Below, in pieces: positions 26,547 to 41,092 of a DNA stretch of 64,000 bases. The notes below the pieces were generated by a model, which saw only the letters and a list, made by a program, of their open reading frames with translations, was not told the origin of the DNA and made no database searches. This stretch comes from Piromyces finnis finn (lineage: Eukaryota; Fungi; Neocallimastigomycota): positions 55,147 to 119,146 of the forward strand of contig MCFH01000093.1 of the NCBI GenBank assembly GCA_002104945.1, in the 5' to 3' direction. Position 1 is the first letter of the stretch. Each line of letters begins with the position of its first letter. A program made the position numbers and the translations under genes.

Positions 26547-29068
26547 TAATAATAATAATTATAATAATAATAAAAAAGAGAATCATATAGTTATTGATAA
26601 TTGATTTGTTAAATATTAAAAAAAAGGGGGATAAAATCAAAACAAAAATACAATTATTAAAATGATATATTCAATATTAATTTCATATATATAAAATACT
26701 TTTTTTTTTTTTCTTTCTTTCAATTAAAAAGAATATTTTTTTTTAAAAAAAAAATAATAATATCAATATTAATAGATAAAATAAAATATCTTTATTTTTT
26801 ACATATTCCATATTAGTTTTTTTAAAAACATAAATCATAATTTTTAACAATTATCCATTAATACCATTTTTTTTTTATTCATTTACATACAAAAAAAACA
26901 CTACCAAATAATCATCACCAATTCATTTACATAAAAAAGAATAAAAAAAATAATAATAAATCATTAAAATACTATAATCATGAATGTAAAGTTTTATATA
27001 ACTATTTATATTAAAACTTTATATTCATAGTTTTTAATATTATTTTAAAAAAACAATAACAAAAAAAAAAAAAAAAAAAAAATAAAATAAAAAATAAAAA
27101 TAAAAAAAATAAATAAATAAAAAAAAAAGCTTTTTTTATTTTTCACAAAGGTAAATCCTTTTTATCCATTTATCATTTGTTATAATTTTTTTTTTAAATT
27201 CAATAACTCTCTGTGAAAACATATCTTGTAAAATATCCACAATATTTATAAAACATTATAAGCGATGTTTTTCTATTTCCTTTTTTAAAAAGAATTGTAA
27301 AATTTCAAAAAAAAAAAAAAAAAAAAAAGATAGATTTAAGTGAGAAAGAGTTTATAAAAAAAAAAAAATTAGAAGATTATAATAATGATAATAATAAACA
27401 TATATATTTTTTCTTTTTAAATAGTTATAATTATACAAATTATACAATAAATAAATAATAATAATAATAAAAAAACTATCAATTTAAAAAGAAACCATAA
27501 CAATATTTTAATCTTATTTATTCTAATTATTAATGATTTATTTTTTTTTTTTTATAAAAATAGAGTGCTTGATATATATATAATAAATGGAAAGAATTGA
27601 TAGTCATGATAAAAATTAAAAACTTTTCATATACCTACATTCTATTATTATTAATCTTTTTATTATAATAATTTATTATTATTATTATTATTATTATTCA
27701 AAAAAAAAAAAAGTTTTTTTTTTTTTATATTCTTTTATAACCTTGCTTTTAAATGATATAACTTTAAAATAGTAACATAGTAACATAGGATATTAAATAT
27801 ACTTATTCTTTTTCTTTCTTTTTTTTTATTATTTATAAACGTGTTAAATATATATTGTACAGAAAAAATGAAATCTATTAAATTATATAATAATTAAATC
27901 TAAAATATATTATATATATTTTAATTTCCTTTAATTTATTAATATGCGGAAATTCGATCAGGCTATTTTATTAATTAGCAATTACTTGCTACCATTTCAA
28001 TCAAATGAATAAATTTTCTTTTTTTTTTTTTAATATATATATATTTAATTAATTACTTTATTCTTCTTGAAAAGTTTTTATAGTTAGAGTAGATACTATA
28101 CACACACCCACTAATATTTATTATTTTAATATATGTATAGATTTAATTAAAAAAATAAAAAACAATTAATAAATATATTATTAATAATAAAAAATATTAA
28201 ACTTTTTATTATAAATTAAACTTTACACTAATTAAAATTTTTAACATTTTTTTTAAAATCTTAAAAACTCATATATATTAATTTAAATTGGAATTATATT
28301 ATTTTATTAATTAACACTTTCTTTTATTATATATTTTTTAAACCTTTTTTTTTTTTCCCATTCAATATAAAAATATTAATTTTTTTTTTAATATTTTTAA
28401 TTTATTATTCATCATTGTCAATAATAATTTCATTTTTTTTAAAATTTTATCCCTTTCTTTCATTCACCTATTATAAAGTAATAATATATACCTTTATAAT
28501 AATTTAAAAATCTTATATATATGTGTATTATAGTTTAAGTGATTAAATATTCAATAGTGAAAAAAAATATATAGTTCAATAAAATAAAAAATATCGTATA
28601 TTATGTAAATATTTTATTAGGAACAATAACAATACATTGAGAAATAACAACAATAACAAAAACAACAACAACAATAATAATAAAGCATTTATATAAAGTG
28701 TAAAACAAATTTTGTATTTAAGAGAATAAACTTTTATATATAAAAAGAGATAAATTAAAAAAGATAATCTTTCATTGAAATAAAATTAAATGCTAAGTAT
28801 AGTTTTAAAGAAATATTAATTTAAATACTAATATTTTTAAAACAAAAGTAAAATATATAAATATATATATATAAAACCCAAGTATTATATATTCTTTTTT
28901 TTTTTTTTTTTTTTTTTTTAATAATTATTAAATTTTTTTTTAAAACAACTTATTAAAATATTATTAAAAATATTAAAAAATAAAAAATACAAATAATAAA
29001 ATAAAATAGTTTACTTTGCAAATAATAGTGGAAATTATATATTATAAAAAATTTTTATTAAATTTATA

Positions 29069-29753
29069 ATGTCTTGGAATGAAGTAAAGAAGTCTTCTGG
29101 ACAAAAAAAAGCAGCTCACGCTCACAAACAAAAACAAAATATTATTGATAATGAAGATTTAGGAAAACTTAATAACGATTCTATTTTTAGTGCTTTATCC
29201 AACATTGATAACAAAGAACAAAAAAAGATTGAAGAAAACGCCAATAAGGAAATGAAACAAAACACTTCAAACAGTAGTTTACCATCCCCAAAAACTCCAA
29301 AAAAAATTCAAGATACTCCTACAAAAACAGCCCCAATTGAAGAATTATCAAAATTAAATGTTACTGATTTTATTAGTAAAAACATTAAAATTAATGATAA
29401 TGAACAAGATCAAGTTGATCAATTAAAAAAGCTTTGTAATTACATTGAAACTGAAATTACTAACAAGTTATTCTGTTGTACCACAAAGTTTTCTCATAAA
29501 AGTTTTGATATTGACAGTGCAAACTTTAAAGGTAAGATTAATTTAAATGTAAAATGAAACAACACGTATTTTTATTTTTTTTAAACAATTATTATTATAC
29601 TATTATTATTTATTATTAATAGTAGTAGTATAATATATATATTTTTTAAAAAAAAAGTTGAAAAGAAAAAGTAAATTTACGTGTCTTTATTATTATGAAA
29701 ATAGTTTTCTTTTAACAATTTTATTATTATTAATATTAGTATTATAATAATGT

Positions 29754-29846
<93 letters not shown>

Positions 29847-32800
29847 GGAATAACTTAAACAATTTTCTCATTATATATATTTTATATTAAATAATTAATA
29901 ATAGGTCCAATTAGTTATTTAGCTCCAAAACAAAGAAAAGAAATTGAAAATGTATTTTCAAAATGTAAGGAATCTGTAATTAAAAAATTATTTGTTTTAA
30001 TTACAAAATGCATTTTTGTTGGTGAAAAGAAAGGTAAGATACATTTTAAAGTGTGAATGTCCACTAAATATTATGCTATTTATTATATATATATTAATAT
30101 CAATAAATAAAAAATTTTATATTATAAATTTTTTTTTTTTTTAGCTGTAAACGTTCAAACTATCTCTAATACCATTGCTCATCAAGTAAATTGTTCAATT
30201 TAATAAAAATTTAATTATTTTATATGAATTATATAAATTTATATAATATTAAATTAAATTTATTTTATTATTTCATATTAATTCATTTTTTGAATAGCTT
30301 TGTGTCCAAATTATTTCAAATTTATACCCAGGAATCTTTTACAAGAAGAGTAAAGAAGGAAAGAAGGTTTATGAACAAACCGTTAGTCACCACAAAAACA
30401 TTATTGAAAAATTACCAGCCATAGGTAAATATATCTATTGATTCTTTTAAATAATAAAATTCTCATTACCATTAATATATTAAAATATAATAACTACATT
30501 ATTTTATTAATAAATAAACAATTTTCTATTCATTTATTTTTTATTTATTTTTGTTGAAACTTTTTACAAAAGGCAATACCTTAATTTGGGTTTGTATGCA
30601 ACAACATTATAATGTTAATAAAAAAGAAATATGTTGTCCAGAATATGTTGAATTATGGATGGAATATTTCTTAAATGCATTAACCTCTAATGATGCTTCA
30701 ATTGCTATTCAAACTCAGTCTGTTAAATTATTAAATAAAGTTCTTGATAGGTAAATATTCTTCAATATCAGTACAAATTTATAGATTAGATATATGATTA
30801 TTAAAAAACTTTATTTTTTTCATTTCAACTTTATTTTTTAGTATCAAAGAAAATAAGAATAAATTAGAAACTAATATTAAAATCCCAGTTGAATCATTTA
30901 TTGCTCTCATTGCAATTTTAAATACTGGAAATGTTGTCTCTCAAATTAAGGTAAAGAAATATATAGATATATATATATTTTGAAAAAGAAAAAAAATAGT
31001 CTAACATATTTTATTTAATATCTTATAGAAACATGATAAATTATACGATGGGTATATATTTTATATGATTATATATATTTATATTGTTGAATAAAATAAT
31101 ACATATTTATATTATAATTATTAACCAATAATATTTATTTATGGAATGTTTATAGTGTTACCAAGGCTTATGAATCATTAAAGTCTATATTATTTGATAA
31201 CTCATCCAAGGTTTTACAATTTAATGTAAAAAATATGGATATGTTTGTAAAATTATATAAACTTTTATCTGATCCAACCTATGATCGTGCTGTTTATAAT
31301 GAAGTATGTTTTTTTTAAAATAAAGTTTAAATACAATTGTTATTATTCATTAATAATAAAATTTCATTTTTTTTTTAGTTCTTAAATATTATTGTTTTAA
31401 CATTTGCCAAAGATCAATCCTTATTTGATTCATGGGGTACTATTTATAAACAATATCAACCAAATAATCTTCCACCATCCAGTGCAATTGTTGAAGAAAT
31501 TAAAAGACAACAAACTGAATACTTCAAGAGTAAAAAGTATTGCCCATCTAGTAATTGTTGGGAAGAAGTAATATATTATTTTAAATTTTTAAATATATTA
31601 TTAAACATATTATAGCATTATTTAAATTACTAATATTTATTTATTTTTTAAATATTATAATATTTACTTGTAAAGCTTGGTAATATTTAATAATTCATTT
31701 ATTTATTTATAATTTATAACCTGAAATAATAAATATTTTATTTTAAAGCACTCAATTTTAACAAAAATATAATTTTATGTTTTAATAGATAATAATCGTT
31801 TAAGAAATACTTTCTATGAAATGATTGGTGTTAATGAACAACATCGTACAAAGAATAATGAAAATGAAATCAATAAGATGAACAAAAATATTAGAGTATG
31901 TATATGGTTAAAAGGAAAAAAATAATTTAAATAATAGTAAATAAAAAAAGGTAATTTATAATTAATTTTTTTTTCTATATAGGCCATTTTAGATAAGACT
32001 TCCAGTGGTAAAAGCAATGGTGGATTCTTTAGAGGATTCTTAATGAGATTAATTAAGAGATCTATTATATTAGTAATTTTATTAAGTTTATCCTTACACG
32101 TTTTTGATTCTGTTGATGAATATAACAGTAAAAATAGCAAGGGTGGTTTCAAACTTCCAGTTGGTCATCCAAAGATAACTGGCAATGAAACATCAAAATG
32201 CCCATACCAAGCCTTTAGAAATAAGTATACTAAATGTAATCAATGTCATCCAGTAATTAAATATGTTTATGATTACATGGAGGAACCATATAAATATATT
32301 GAAAGTCGTGCTGTTATTCCAGTATATAAGAATGTATGGAAGCCATATTGCTCAAAATCATTTATGATGAGTCTTGAAAAGGGTATTATTCCAACTTACA
32401 GATTTGTTAAGCCAATTGTTACCGAAAAGGTTGTTCAACCAGTTCAAGAAAATGTTGTTCCAAGAGCTGTAGAACTTTATGATACCTACGCCAGAGAGTA
32501 TGTTGAAAGAGCTAATAAGGATGTTTTCAAACCAGCTTTAGCTACTAGTTCAAAATATGTAAAACAAGCTTACATTGTAGCTAAGCCATATTCCATCAAG
32601 GCTAAAGATTTCGTTATTAACGACGTCGTTAAACCATCTATCCCATACATCAACAAGGCCAAGATTAGAGGTATTCAATATGGTAATCAATTTTTAGATA
32701 CTCTTGCTGAAATCCCATACAAAAGAATTATGAAGAATGGTGCCAGTAATTCTCTTAGATTTGTTGGTTACGCTGAAAATAAGATAGAAGAATTTTATGT

Positions 32801-34016
32801 TGCTTCTACTCCATATGTTAAGAAGTACTGGGATGTTCTTTCCAGAAAAACTAATGTTTTAATGCAACAAGAAAATGTTCAAAAGGTTATTACCAACCAA
32901 TACGTTAAGACAACTACTGATGCTATTAAGGATGCTTATCACATTTGGTGTGATGGTGTTAAGGTTTCCTATGTCTATCTTACTAACAGAGGTCCAGAAA
33001 CTGGTGGTGCTAAGAATTGGAAGGATGCTACCAGCAAGGTTAGCATTAAGAAGGATATTAGAAGTTCAATTGACTTTACTAAGAGTTTCTTTAAAAATGT
33101 CATTGAAAAATTAGAAAAGGAAGACAAACATTCTTTTGGTAGTCATGAAAAAAGAAGTGGTTCAAAAATTGTTAATGCTAAAAACCAATCCAAAGATAGT
33201 TCATTACCAACAAAGAAGGGTCCAAAAGTAGCTCCAGAAATGCAAAAGCCAAGTAATGGATACAAAATTGTTGTTAACAATGAAAATGCCAAGAAAATCA
33301 CCAAAGAAAGAGTCAATCAAGCCAATAATATTAATATGAATGATACTAAAAATATTGCCAAGGAAAAAGCTAAAATTAAGCAAGAAGTTAAGAGAGTTGT
33401 AAAGGAAGAATATAAGAACAACATTTCTAAGCAAATTGCTAAAGAAAAAACCGAAGCTGCCAAAAACATTGCCATGTCTAAGCAAATTATCAAAGAAGAA
33501 GTTGAAACTACCAAACAAGTTGCTATGGATAATGCTATTAATTCTGAAGCTAAGCAAGCTGTCGAAGATAACGTTGAAAATACTGAAGTTGTTATGGAAA
33601 GCACCTCTAGTTCTGATGATAATCAAGTTGTTAATGACAATGTTGAAAGTACTAAACAAGTTGCTATGACCAAGGCTGTTGTTAAGGAAGAACATGAAAC
33701 TACTAAACAAGTAGCAATGACTAAGGCTATTGTTAAGGAAGATCATGAAGCTACTAAACAATTAGCTATGGAAAACGCTTCTTCTAGTTCTGATGATAAT
33801 CAAGTTGTTAATGACAATGTTGAAAGTACTAAACAAGTTGCTATGACCAAGGCTGTTGTTAAGGAAGAACATGAAACTACTAAACAAGTAGCTATGACTA
33901 AGGCTATTGTTAAGGAAGAACATGAAACCACTAAACAAGTAGCTATGACTAAGCAAATTGTTAAAGAAGAGTATGAAACTACAAAACAAGTTGCTATGGA
34001 TAATGCTACAAATTAA
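29069..34016 (+). CDS. TMEM214 (DUF2359)-like membrane protein with a long repetitive C-terminal tail; ORFs 29069, 30551 and 32043 appear to be one spliced gene
   Basis: N-terminal WNEVKK. Helical segment LIWVCMQ...ELWMEYFLNAL...VKLLNKVL resembles the TMEM214 core. The exon at 31983 is in frame with 32043 (60 nt upstream). Hydrophobic segment SIILVILLSLSL. Internal exon boundaries are approximate. Confidence 0.55.
29750..29841. repeat. (ATA)n intronic microsatellite
   Basis: Direct reading. Confidence 0.95.
33480..34010 (+). repeat. Coding tandem repeats: 51-bp (17-aa TKQVAMTKAxVKEEHET) units plus a 177-bp higher-order duplication
   Basis: ctagttctgatgataatcaag occurs at 33607 and 33784 (177 bp apart). 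KQVAM recurs in the translation. Confidence 0.9.
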
Positions 34017-34096
34017 AAGAAAGGGATAATTTAAGAGCATATTTTTTATTTAAATCTGTAAACTTTTTATTATTTTAAGAAAATGCAAATATAACA

Positions 34097-34133
<37 letters not shown>

Positions 34134-35284
34134 TAGCCCCCATATACATTATTAACATATACTAAATTATTTTAATATTTTTTATTTTATTTGAACTACA
34201 ACTATATTATACATTATAAGATTAAAAAAAAAAAAAAAAAAAAATTGAAAATATACATTAATAAAGTTAAATTTTTTTTTTTAAAAAAAATGAATAGTAA
34301 AAATACTTTTTTTTTTTTATTTATATAGTGTAAAATACTTTTGTTTTTTTATTTAAATTTTTGAAAATAAAGGAGAAAGAAAGAAATGGAAAATGTGACT
34401 GTAATTTATAAATATATTGAAATGGAATCTATGATAATAAATAGATAAAAGTATGTACAGAACATAAGTAGCATTATATAGAATACTAAAAGAACCTTTG
34501 TAAAATGCAAAATTAAAATAGATACTTGCTTAACATTTTTATTTTTAGTAATCTGTGGGAAGTTTTTAAAGAAAATTCCTTTCTTTTTGATATTTACCAA
34601 TATTCATTAAAATTTAAAATAGCTATAAGTATGTCTCTATTGAAAAAAAGTTAGGATAGATTAGTAGAATTAGTAATGCCTAATATTTAAATTATAAATT
34701 ATATATAATTTGGTCTTTAGTTACATTAAAAAATCAAATATAATAATGTCACTATTATATATTCTTTGTATTATAGTTTTACATTAAATCCTTTTTTTTT
34801 TTTTTTATTTTTTTTTTTATTTTGTTCATTTGTATTTTATAAAGTTCTTTTTAAACTTTATTTATTTATTTTTTTTTTTTCTTTCATTTTTTTTTAATAC
34901 TTTGTGGATTTAATAATGATAATAATCATATTAAAGAAAGATACTGCTATTTGTGTAAATTATAAATTTATTTTATTTTTATTATATTCATTTTGTCAAT
35001 TAGTAAAATTATACTTAATATTCTAAACCACACCATATATAAATTATAAAAAATAAGTTTAGAAAAAAAAAAGTCAATTTTCAAATTTACATTTAAAATT
35101 AAGTATATTAATAAAAATATTAAATTAAATGGGTATATTTCAATTATTTTTATTATTATATATATTTTTTTAAAACTATTTGATAATTTTTATAAATAAA
35201 TAATATTGAATATATATATGTATTAAGTAAAAAAATAAAATATAAATTATATGGAAATTAGTTAAAAAAAATTAACTAAATTAA

Positions 35285-35315
<31 letters not shown>

Positions 35316-35648
35316 ATATTATTAAAATGGATTTCGTGTATTTTATGTTCTTAATATTAATTAACTGATAGAATAGTATATTATTATAGTTGCGTGATGT
35401 TATTTATGAAGCGATTTTAAGATATAATTATTCTATTATTATTCTGGTATAATTATAAAATAATTATTATATGTGCATAAACGATCTAGCATACATATAT
35501 ATATTTGAATATATAAATAAATATATATACATATAATATTAATGACTGCAATTTTCAATTTAATTATTGATGGAATTAATTATTGACCAACTTTATGAAA
35601 AACTTATTGTATTCAAATATATTTTTTGCAAACTTTCTTTTTTTTATT

Positions 35649-35729
35649 TTATTTTGAAATGTCCTCTAAGTTTAGATCTAACCATTTGTTTTCGTCAATG
35701 TTATTTGATTCTATTATGTATTATTAAAT

Positions 35730-35773
<44 letters not shown>

Positions 35774-36285
35774 TTATTTGAATAAATATTAAATTATTGG
35801 GTTAAAAAGAAATTATATTTTGTAAATGTATATTAAATATATATTTTAAATTTAATTTGGATTTCATCTAATTTACTAAATTCTATTTTATTGATTATTA
35901 AAACATTACCATCTTCAGAATCTTCAGAAGGAAGTTCTAATGAAACTGGAAATTGAATATCTATTGTACATAAATAGATTAATTTAATTAATTTTATTAT
36001 TTAAAAGTAAAATATTTAATTATTTAATTAATTATTTAATATATATATCCTTACTATCATCCGGTAATTTGTCAGCCATCCATTTACTATCTACAATTGG
36101 AAATAAAACTCTTGGAGCATGAATTTTTTGTGAGTAATTACTATCAGACTATATAGAATTATTTTTTAAAATTTCAGTATAATTAATAATTATATATTAT
36201 TTTTCCCACTTTTTTACATTAAATATTTATAATAAGCTATCATTAATAATTATTTTTTTTATTGAAATAAGAAACAACTTACCAT
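35649..36285 (-). CDS. APC13: Anaphase-promoting complex subunit 13 (Swm1/APC13); exons 36283-36285, 36055-36148, 35910-35960, 35649-35710; absent from the ORF track
   Basis: Spliced product MSDSNYSQKIHAPRVLFPIVDSKWMADKLPDDNIQFPVSLELPSEDSEDESNNIDENKWLDLNLEDISK. It has the APC13 hallmarks W-x-x-DKLP and KW-x-DL-x-L. All intron phases are consistent. Confidence 0.85.
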
Positions 36286-36533
36286 TTTTATTTTATAAAT
36301 TTTAATTCTTTTTCTTTTTCTTCTTATTCTTTTTTTTTTTTTTTTGCTAGAAAAAAATGCTCTTTCTAAATGAATTATTTCATTTATAAAAAATTAATTA
36401 AAATTTTTAAATTAAATACATTTTTGACCAATATATTTATTGAATAAATCAATATATTTTATAATTAAATAATAACAAAAATAAATTTTTAAAAAATAAA
36501 CAAAATTAATAAACAAAACAAATATATGAATGA

Positions 36534-36650
<117 letters not shown>

Positions 36651-37712
36651 ACTTAACCCTTATAATTTTTAATTTCTTAATTTGAATTCTAAAAGAAAGA
36701 TATTTCATAATTTGTTCCATTTCAAAATAAAGCAAGGAAAAGCTTTTAAATATATATAACATATAACAGAAATGTGGTTAAATAACAATTGATAATTTAA
36801 AGACCATTATTATACAGAATAAAAAAGAAATAAACTTTATTTATTTTATTTATAATTTATAATGCAAAAATGATATTCAAGTAAAAGGAAGATTTAGTTT
36901 TTTTTCTTAATTGCTTCTTTGTACTAAAATAAAATTTATCATTTATTTAAAGTAAAAGTTATTTTTTCTGTTATTACTATATATATTGTATTAAATAGAA
37001 TATAATAATATATAATAAAATATAAAATAAAAAATTGAATAATGCTTTTTTTTTTTTTTCTTTTTTTTTTAATTATTATAATTAATTCATAGGCTAAATT
37101 ATTATACTATTAAAATATTTAAGACTTTAAACATTACATATTTATATAAAGTTATTGTGCAAATCATATTATTAAAAAATTATTATTATTATTATTTTAT
37201 TTTATTAGCTACTTTACATAGTTTTCGAAAGTAATAAGATAAAAGATATAATTTTCTTCATGTTTTTATAAAAAAAATATTTTATTTCTCCAATTTATAA
37301 TAATAATATTGATATATTTTTAGTAATTAAAACTATTTTAATAGAAATTTAATATCATCTAAAATCCATTCATAAATAGTATAATATAATAAAAGTTTTA
37401 ATGAGAATTGTATTAGCAATTTAGAATATAATTATTTATTATCAAGAATTACAATATATAGTCTAGTATATTAAAATTTATTTTCCTAAATACAAAAGAT
37501 ATAATAAATAAATTAAGCATTACAATTACTATAGATACTTTTTTTTTTTTTTTTTAAATAAATTAATATTTTGATTATAAAGTGGAAAATCATAATAATT
37601 TTAAAATTATATATAATAATTAAAAGGTATACTATTTTAATAATATTATTTATAATTTTTTTTTCCCTTTAACTTTATATACATTACATTTTGTAAATAA
37701 GCTTGAATACAA

Positions 37713-38491
37713 ATGTTGATTACAGAAGGTTTAATTGATAAAGAGAAATAATTATTTAAATTATATATAATATAATTTTTTTTAAATTAATAAAAATAAT
37801 AATATTATTATTTCAAACAATATATAAGACCAGTATATTAATAGATTAAAGAATTCTCTACATGATGATGCTGATAATAAAAATGTCCTTGATGAGGGTT
37901 TTTTTGAATGGGAAATTAATAATTGGAGTAGTCTTAAAGTTTTTGAAGTAAGCCCAACATTTAATATAGGAAACTATACATGGTAAATAAATACATAAAT
38001 TTTAATTAAAAATATATAAACAACTTAAAAAATCCATGTTAAGTTGTTTATAAATAAATTTATAATTTATAAAGGAAAATTGCGTTAATACCCAATGGAT
38101 ATAATGATGGAAATGGAGAATATGTTTCTCTTTATTTAGGAAATCATGATGTAGAATTAAAAGATAATCTAAATGTTTATGGTAGTTTTGTATTTGCTAT
38201 GCGTAATTCTAATGATTATTCTCATCACCATATTGAAAGTAAAATATTTTATATATAAATATATCTACATATAATAGATATTTTGTTGAATTGACATTAA
38301 CTAATTTTAAATATAAATTAGAAACAAATGGAATTGAATGTTTCAATAAAAATAATGATGAACATCATTTTCCAAAATTTATTAAAAAAAGGGATCTATT
38401 TTCGAAAAACAAAAAAACAAATAAGCTATTAATTGAAAATAATAAAGTTGTTATTAGTGTTTATCTCCGTGTATATAGAAAAGGAAAATAA
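37713..38491 (+). CDS. Stand-alone MATH/TRAF-domain protein, 4 exons
   Basis: Spliced MLITEDQYINRLKNSL...EGFFEWEINNWSSL...SPTFNIGNYTWKIALIPNG...EYVSLYL...FPKFIKKRDL...LIENNKVVISVYLRVY. This is the typical MATH beta-strand pattern, as in the Ubp15/USP7 N-terminus. First exon is tentative. Confidence 0.75.
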
Positions 38492-41092
38492 TAATAAATA
38501 ATAGATTAGAATTAATATTTAATAAAACTTAAATATTTAAATAGTAATTTCAATAATATTTGAAAATAAAAATAACAGAGTATTAAAAGTTTAATTCGAA
38601 ATAAAATTCATATTTTATCTAACATATTTATTATATATCAACAAATAAAGTAATTATCACAAGGATGAAAAAAATGAAAGAAAGAAAAAAATTAATAATT
38701 TAAATATATATATTATTTTTTGTATTTTAATTAAATATATAAGATGATTGTTTAATTCTATTTGTCTTTATCCTACTATCAATAAAGATTCATTTTAAAA
38801 CTATATTATTGATTTTCTTTTTAGATTAGTATAATAATACACTTCTTATTTTTTTAATTTATAAAATTAGTTATTTAATTATTAAGTTAAATAATAAAAT
38901 AGATATAAAATATATAATAAAATGAAAAAGAATATTAAAATTATACAACTGTTTGATGAACTCTACAGACTATATCGTGTGGGATATATTCTAACTAAAT
39001 AAATCCAATAAAATAAAAAAAGTAATATCAGGTATGATGGTGTGATATCCACTAAACTCTTCCATGAGTCCTTAATAACTTTATTCGTTGAATTATTAAC
39101 AATGCATTTTTTGCATAGATTATTTAAAATTCTTTTTCCATAACGGTACGATATTGGTGTTATTAATTATGTTAAATGTCTTACTAAATCTATTTAAAAA
39201 AGTAATTTCATTGAGCTGCTAAAAATAGTGAAAATTCTAGTAAAGAAGATAGCAAGACTCTTTATGATGAACTATAAATTGTTCATTCAAATATTTTATT
39301 TTTCCATTTTAATTTGTAGTATATAATAAACTAGCGTTTTATCACGAAGGAACTATAGCTATAAGTTAAAACAATCTTTTTTACATTCTACTATATGTAT
39401 TTTACAATTATATATATATATATATATACTATTTATATTATTTAAATTATTGGCATTATATTAATTATGTATATATATTGTTATAATTTTCAGGGAGTAA
39501 TCATGTTAAAATCATATTCATATATTTATTATAAAAAAGTATAAAAAGATTACCAAGAAGGCCAAGCGAAGAAATTCTATATTGAATGAAAGTACAATAT
39601 TTTAAAATCTAATTATGAAAATATTGTTTATCAATACACAGACACGAGGTTAGTCAGGATTAATTTTATTACTAGTAATAATAATTCTGGAAGTGTTCTC
39701 ATAACCACAATAAATACAGATAATCCAAGTAATTTCTAAATTTAAGTGAGGTTTGTTAAAACCATAGAGTGTAAAGCTATTTAAATAAAGGAATTTACTA
39801 TTAGCATATTTAAGGTCTTTATTTCCATTATTGAGATTACTATTAATAGTATTTGTTAACTTTTTTAATGCTTTTAATATTAATTTAATAATAAACTCCA
39901 TATGTAAATCCTATAGTCCATAAATAATTAGATATGAGAGGAAAATAACGGACAAGATCTTTAACAATACAATTTGATTTCTTCTACTTAACTTATTGAA
40001 CAATGCAAATATTACAAAAAAGGGTATTATTGGGTCTAATGTAAGAGTATACAAACTGTTCATTTATGTAATTCATCATTATTGATAGAGAATTTGCTAG
40101 AAAACCTTTTTTTTTGAGGCCATAGAAAACATCAAAGATACTTTTTTTTAAACTTTCTTCTATAAAAAAATTCTTTGATGATTATAAATAAAATTAATAC
40201 ATTCTTTTTTATTATGAAAAATAAATTGGTCAGGATGAGAAGGTGTATTTTATTTATAATAAATTGTAATATAATTTTAGGACCAACATTTGTTATAGTC
40301 TTTCTTTTGAAATGGTGTTTTATTTCAAAGGAAAGGCATATTAGATTTTGTTGAAAATAATTTTAAGACATTAAGCATCAGATTGATTTTTAAAATCCGA
40401 TTAGAAATTCAATCTAGACCTAAAACCTTATTATCATTAATAAAAATCTCATGCTATTTAATTTATATGATTAAAGTGAAAGTCTCTTTCCTCAATAGTC
40501 ACGCTTTAAGCTGCAATTTGTAATATATTCTACAAGGTTTTAAGATTTTGATATACTAGAGTAGAAATGGGTTGTCTTGTTTCTAAAAATTTATATATAT
40601 ATATACTTGCTTATTGGAATAATGCTGGTTTTATATAAATATAATACCATTGAAATAAGATAAAACTCTTTCTTTATATTAAAAATGAAAAAAATCATTT
40701 ATATATATTTTTTATTTATCTTTAATATTTTTTAGCAACTATTTCATAATTAATATTCACTAATATCCAATATGATGAATTTATATATGTATTCTTATAT
40801 TTTAAAACAAATGATTTACTTATATAAAAAAAAGAATAAATACTAATTTTGGTGATAATATATATTTTTTATTTACAAATCTATAAATTTTATAAAGACG
40901 AAATAAATTATAACAAATACAAAAACTAACTTGTATTTATTATTGTTGAAAAATTATTACATGCTAAAAGTTCATTTTTAAATTATATACAATTATATAT
41001 TAAAAATATAAAAATATATTTTGAAACATATATAAATAATGCTTAATTGTTAATATAAAACCATGAATTTTGATTTGTGCTTTGTTTTTTTT

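Noticed and set aside
38940-40650. Slightly GC-enriched stretch with faint Ty3/gypsy-like words (YGFN, DSWKSL) on the minus strand
   Set aside because: Too decayed to support a call by eye; needs TBLASTN against gypsy polyproteins.
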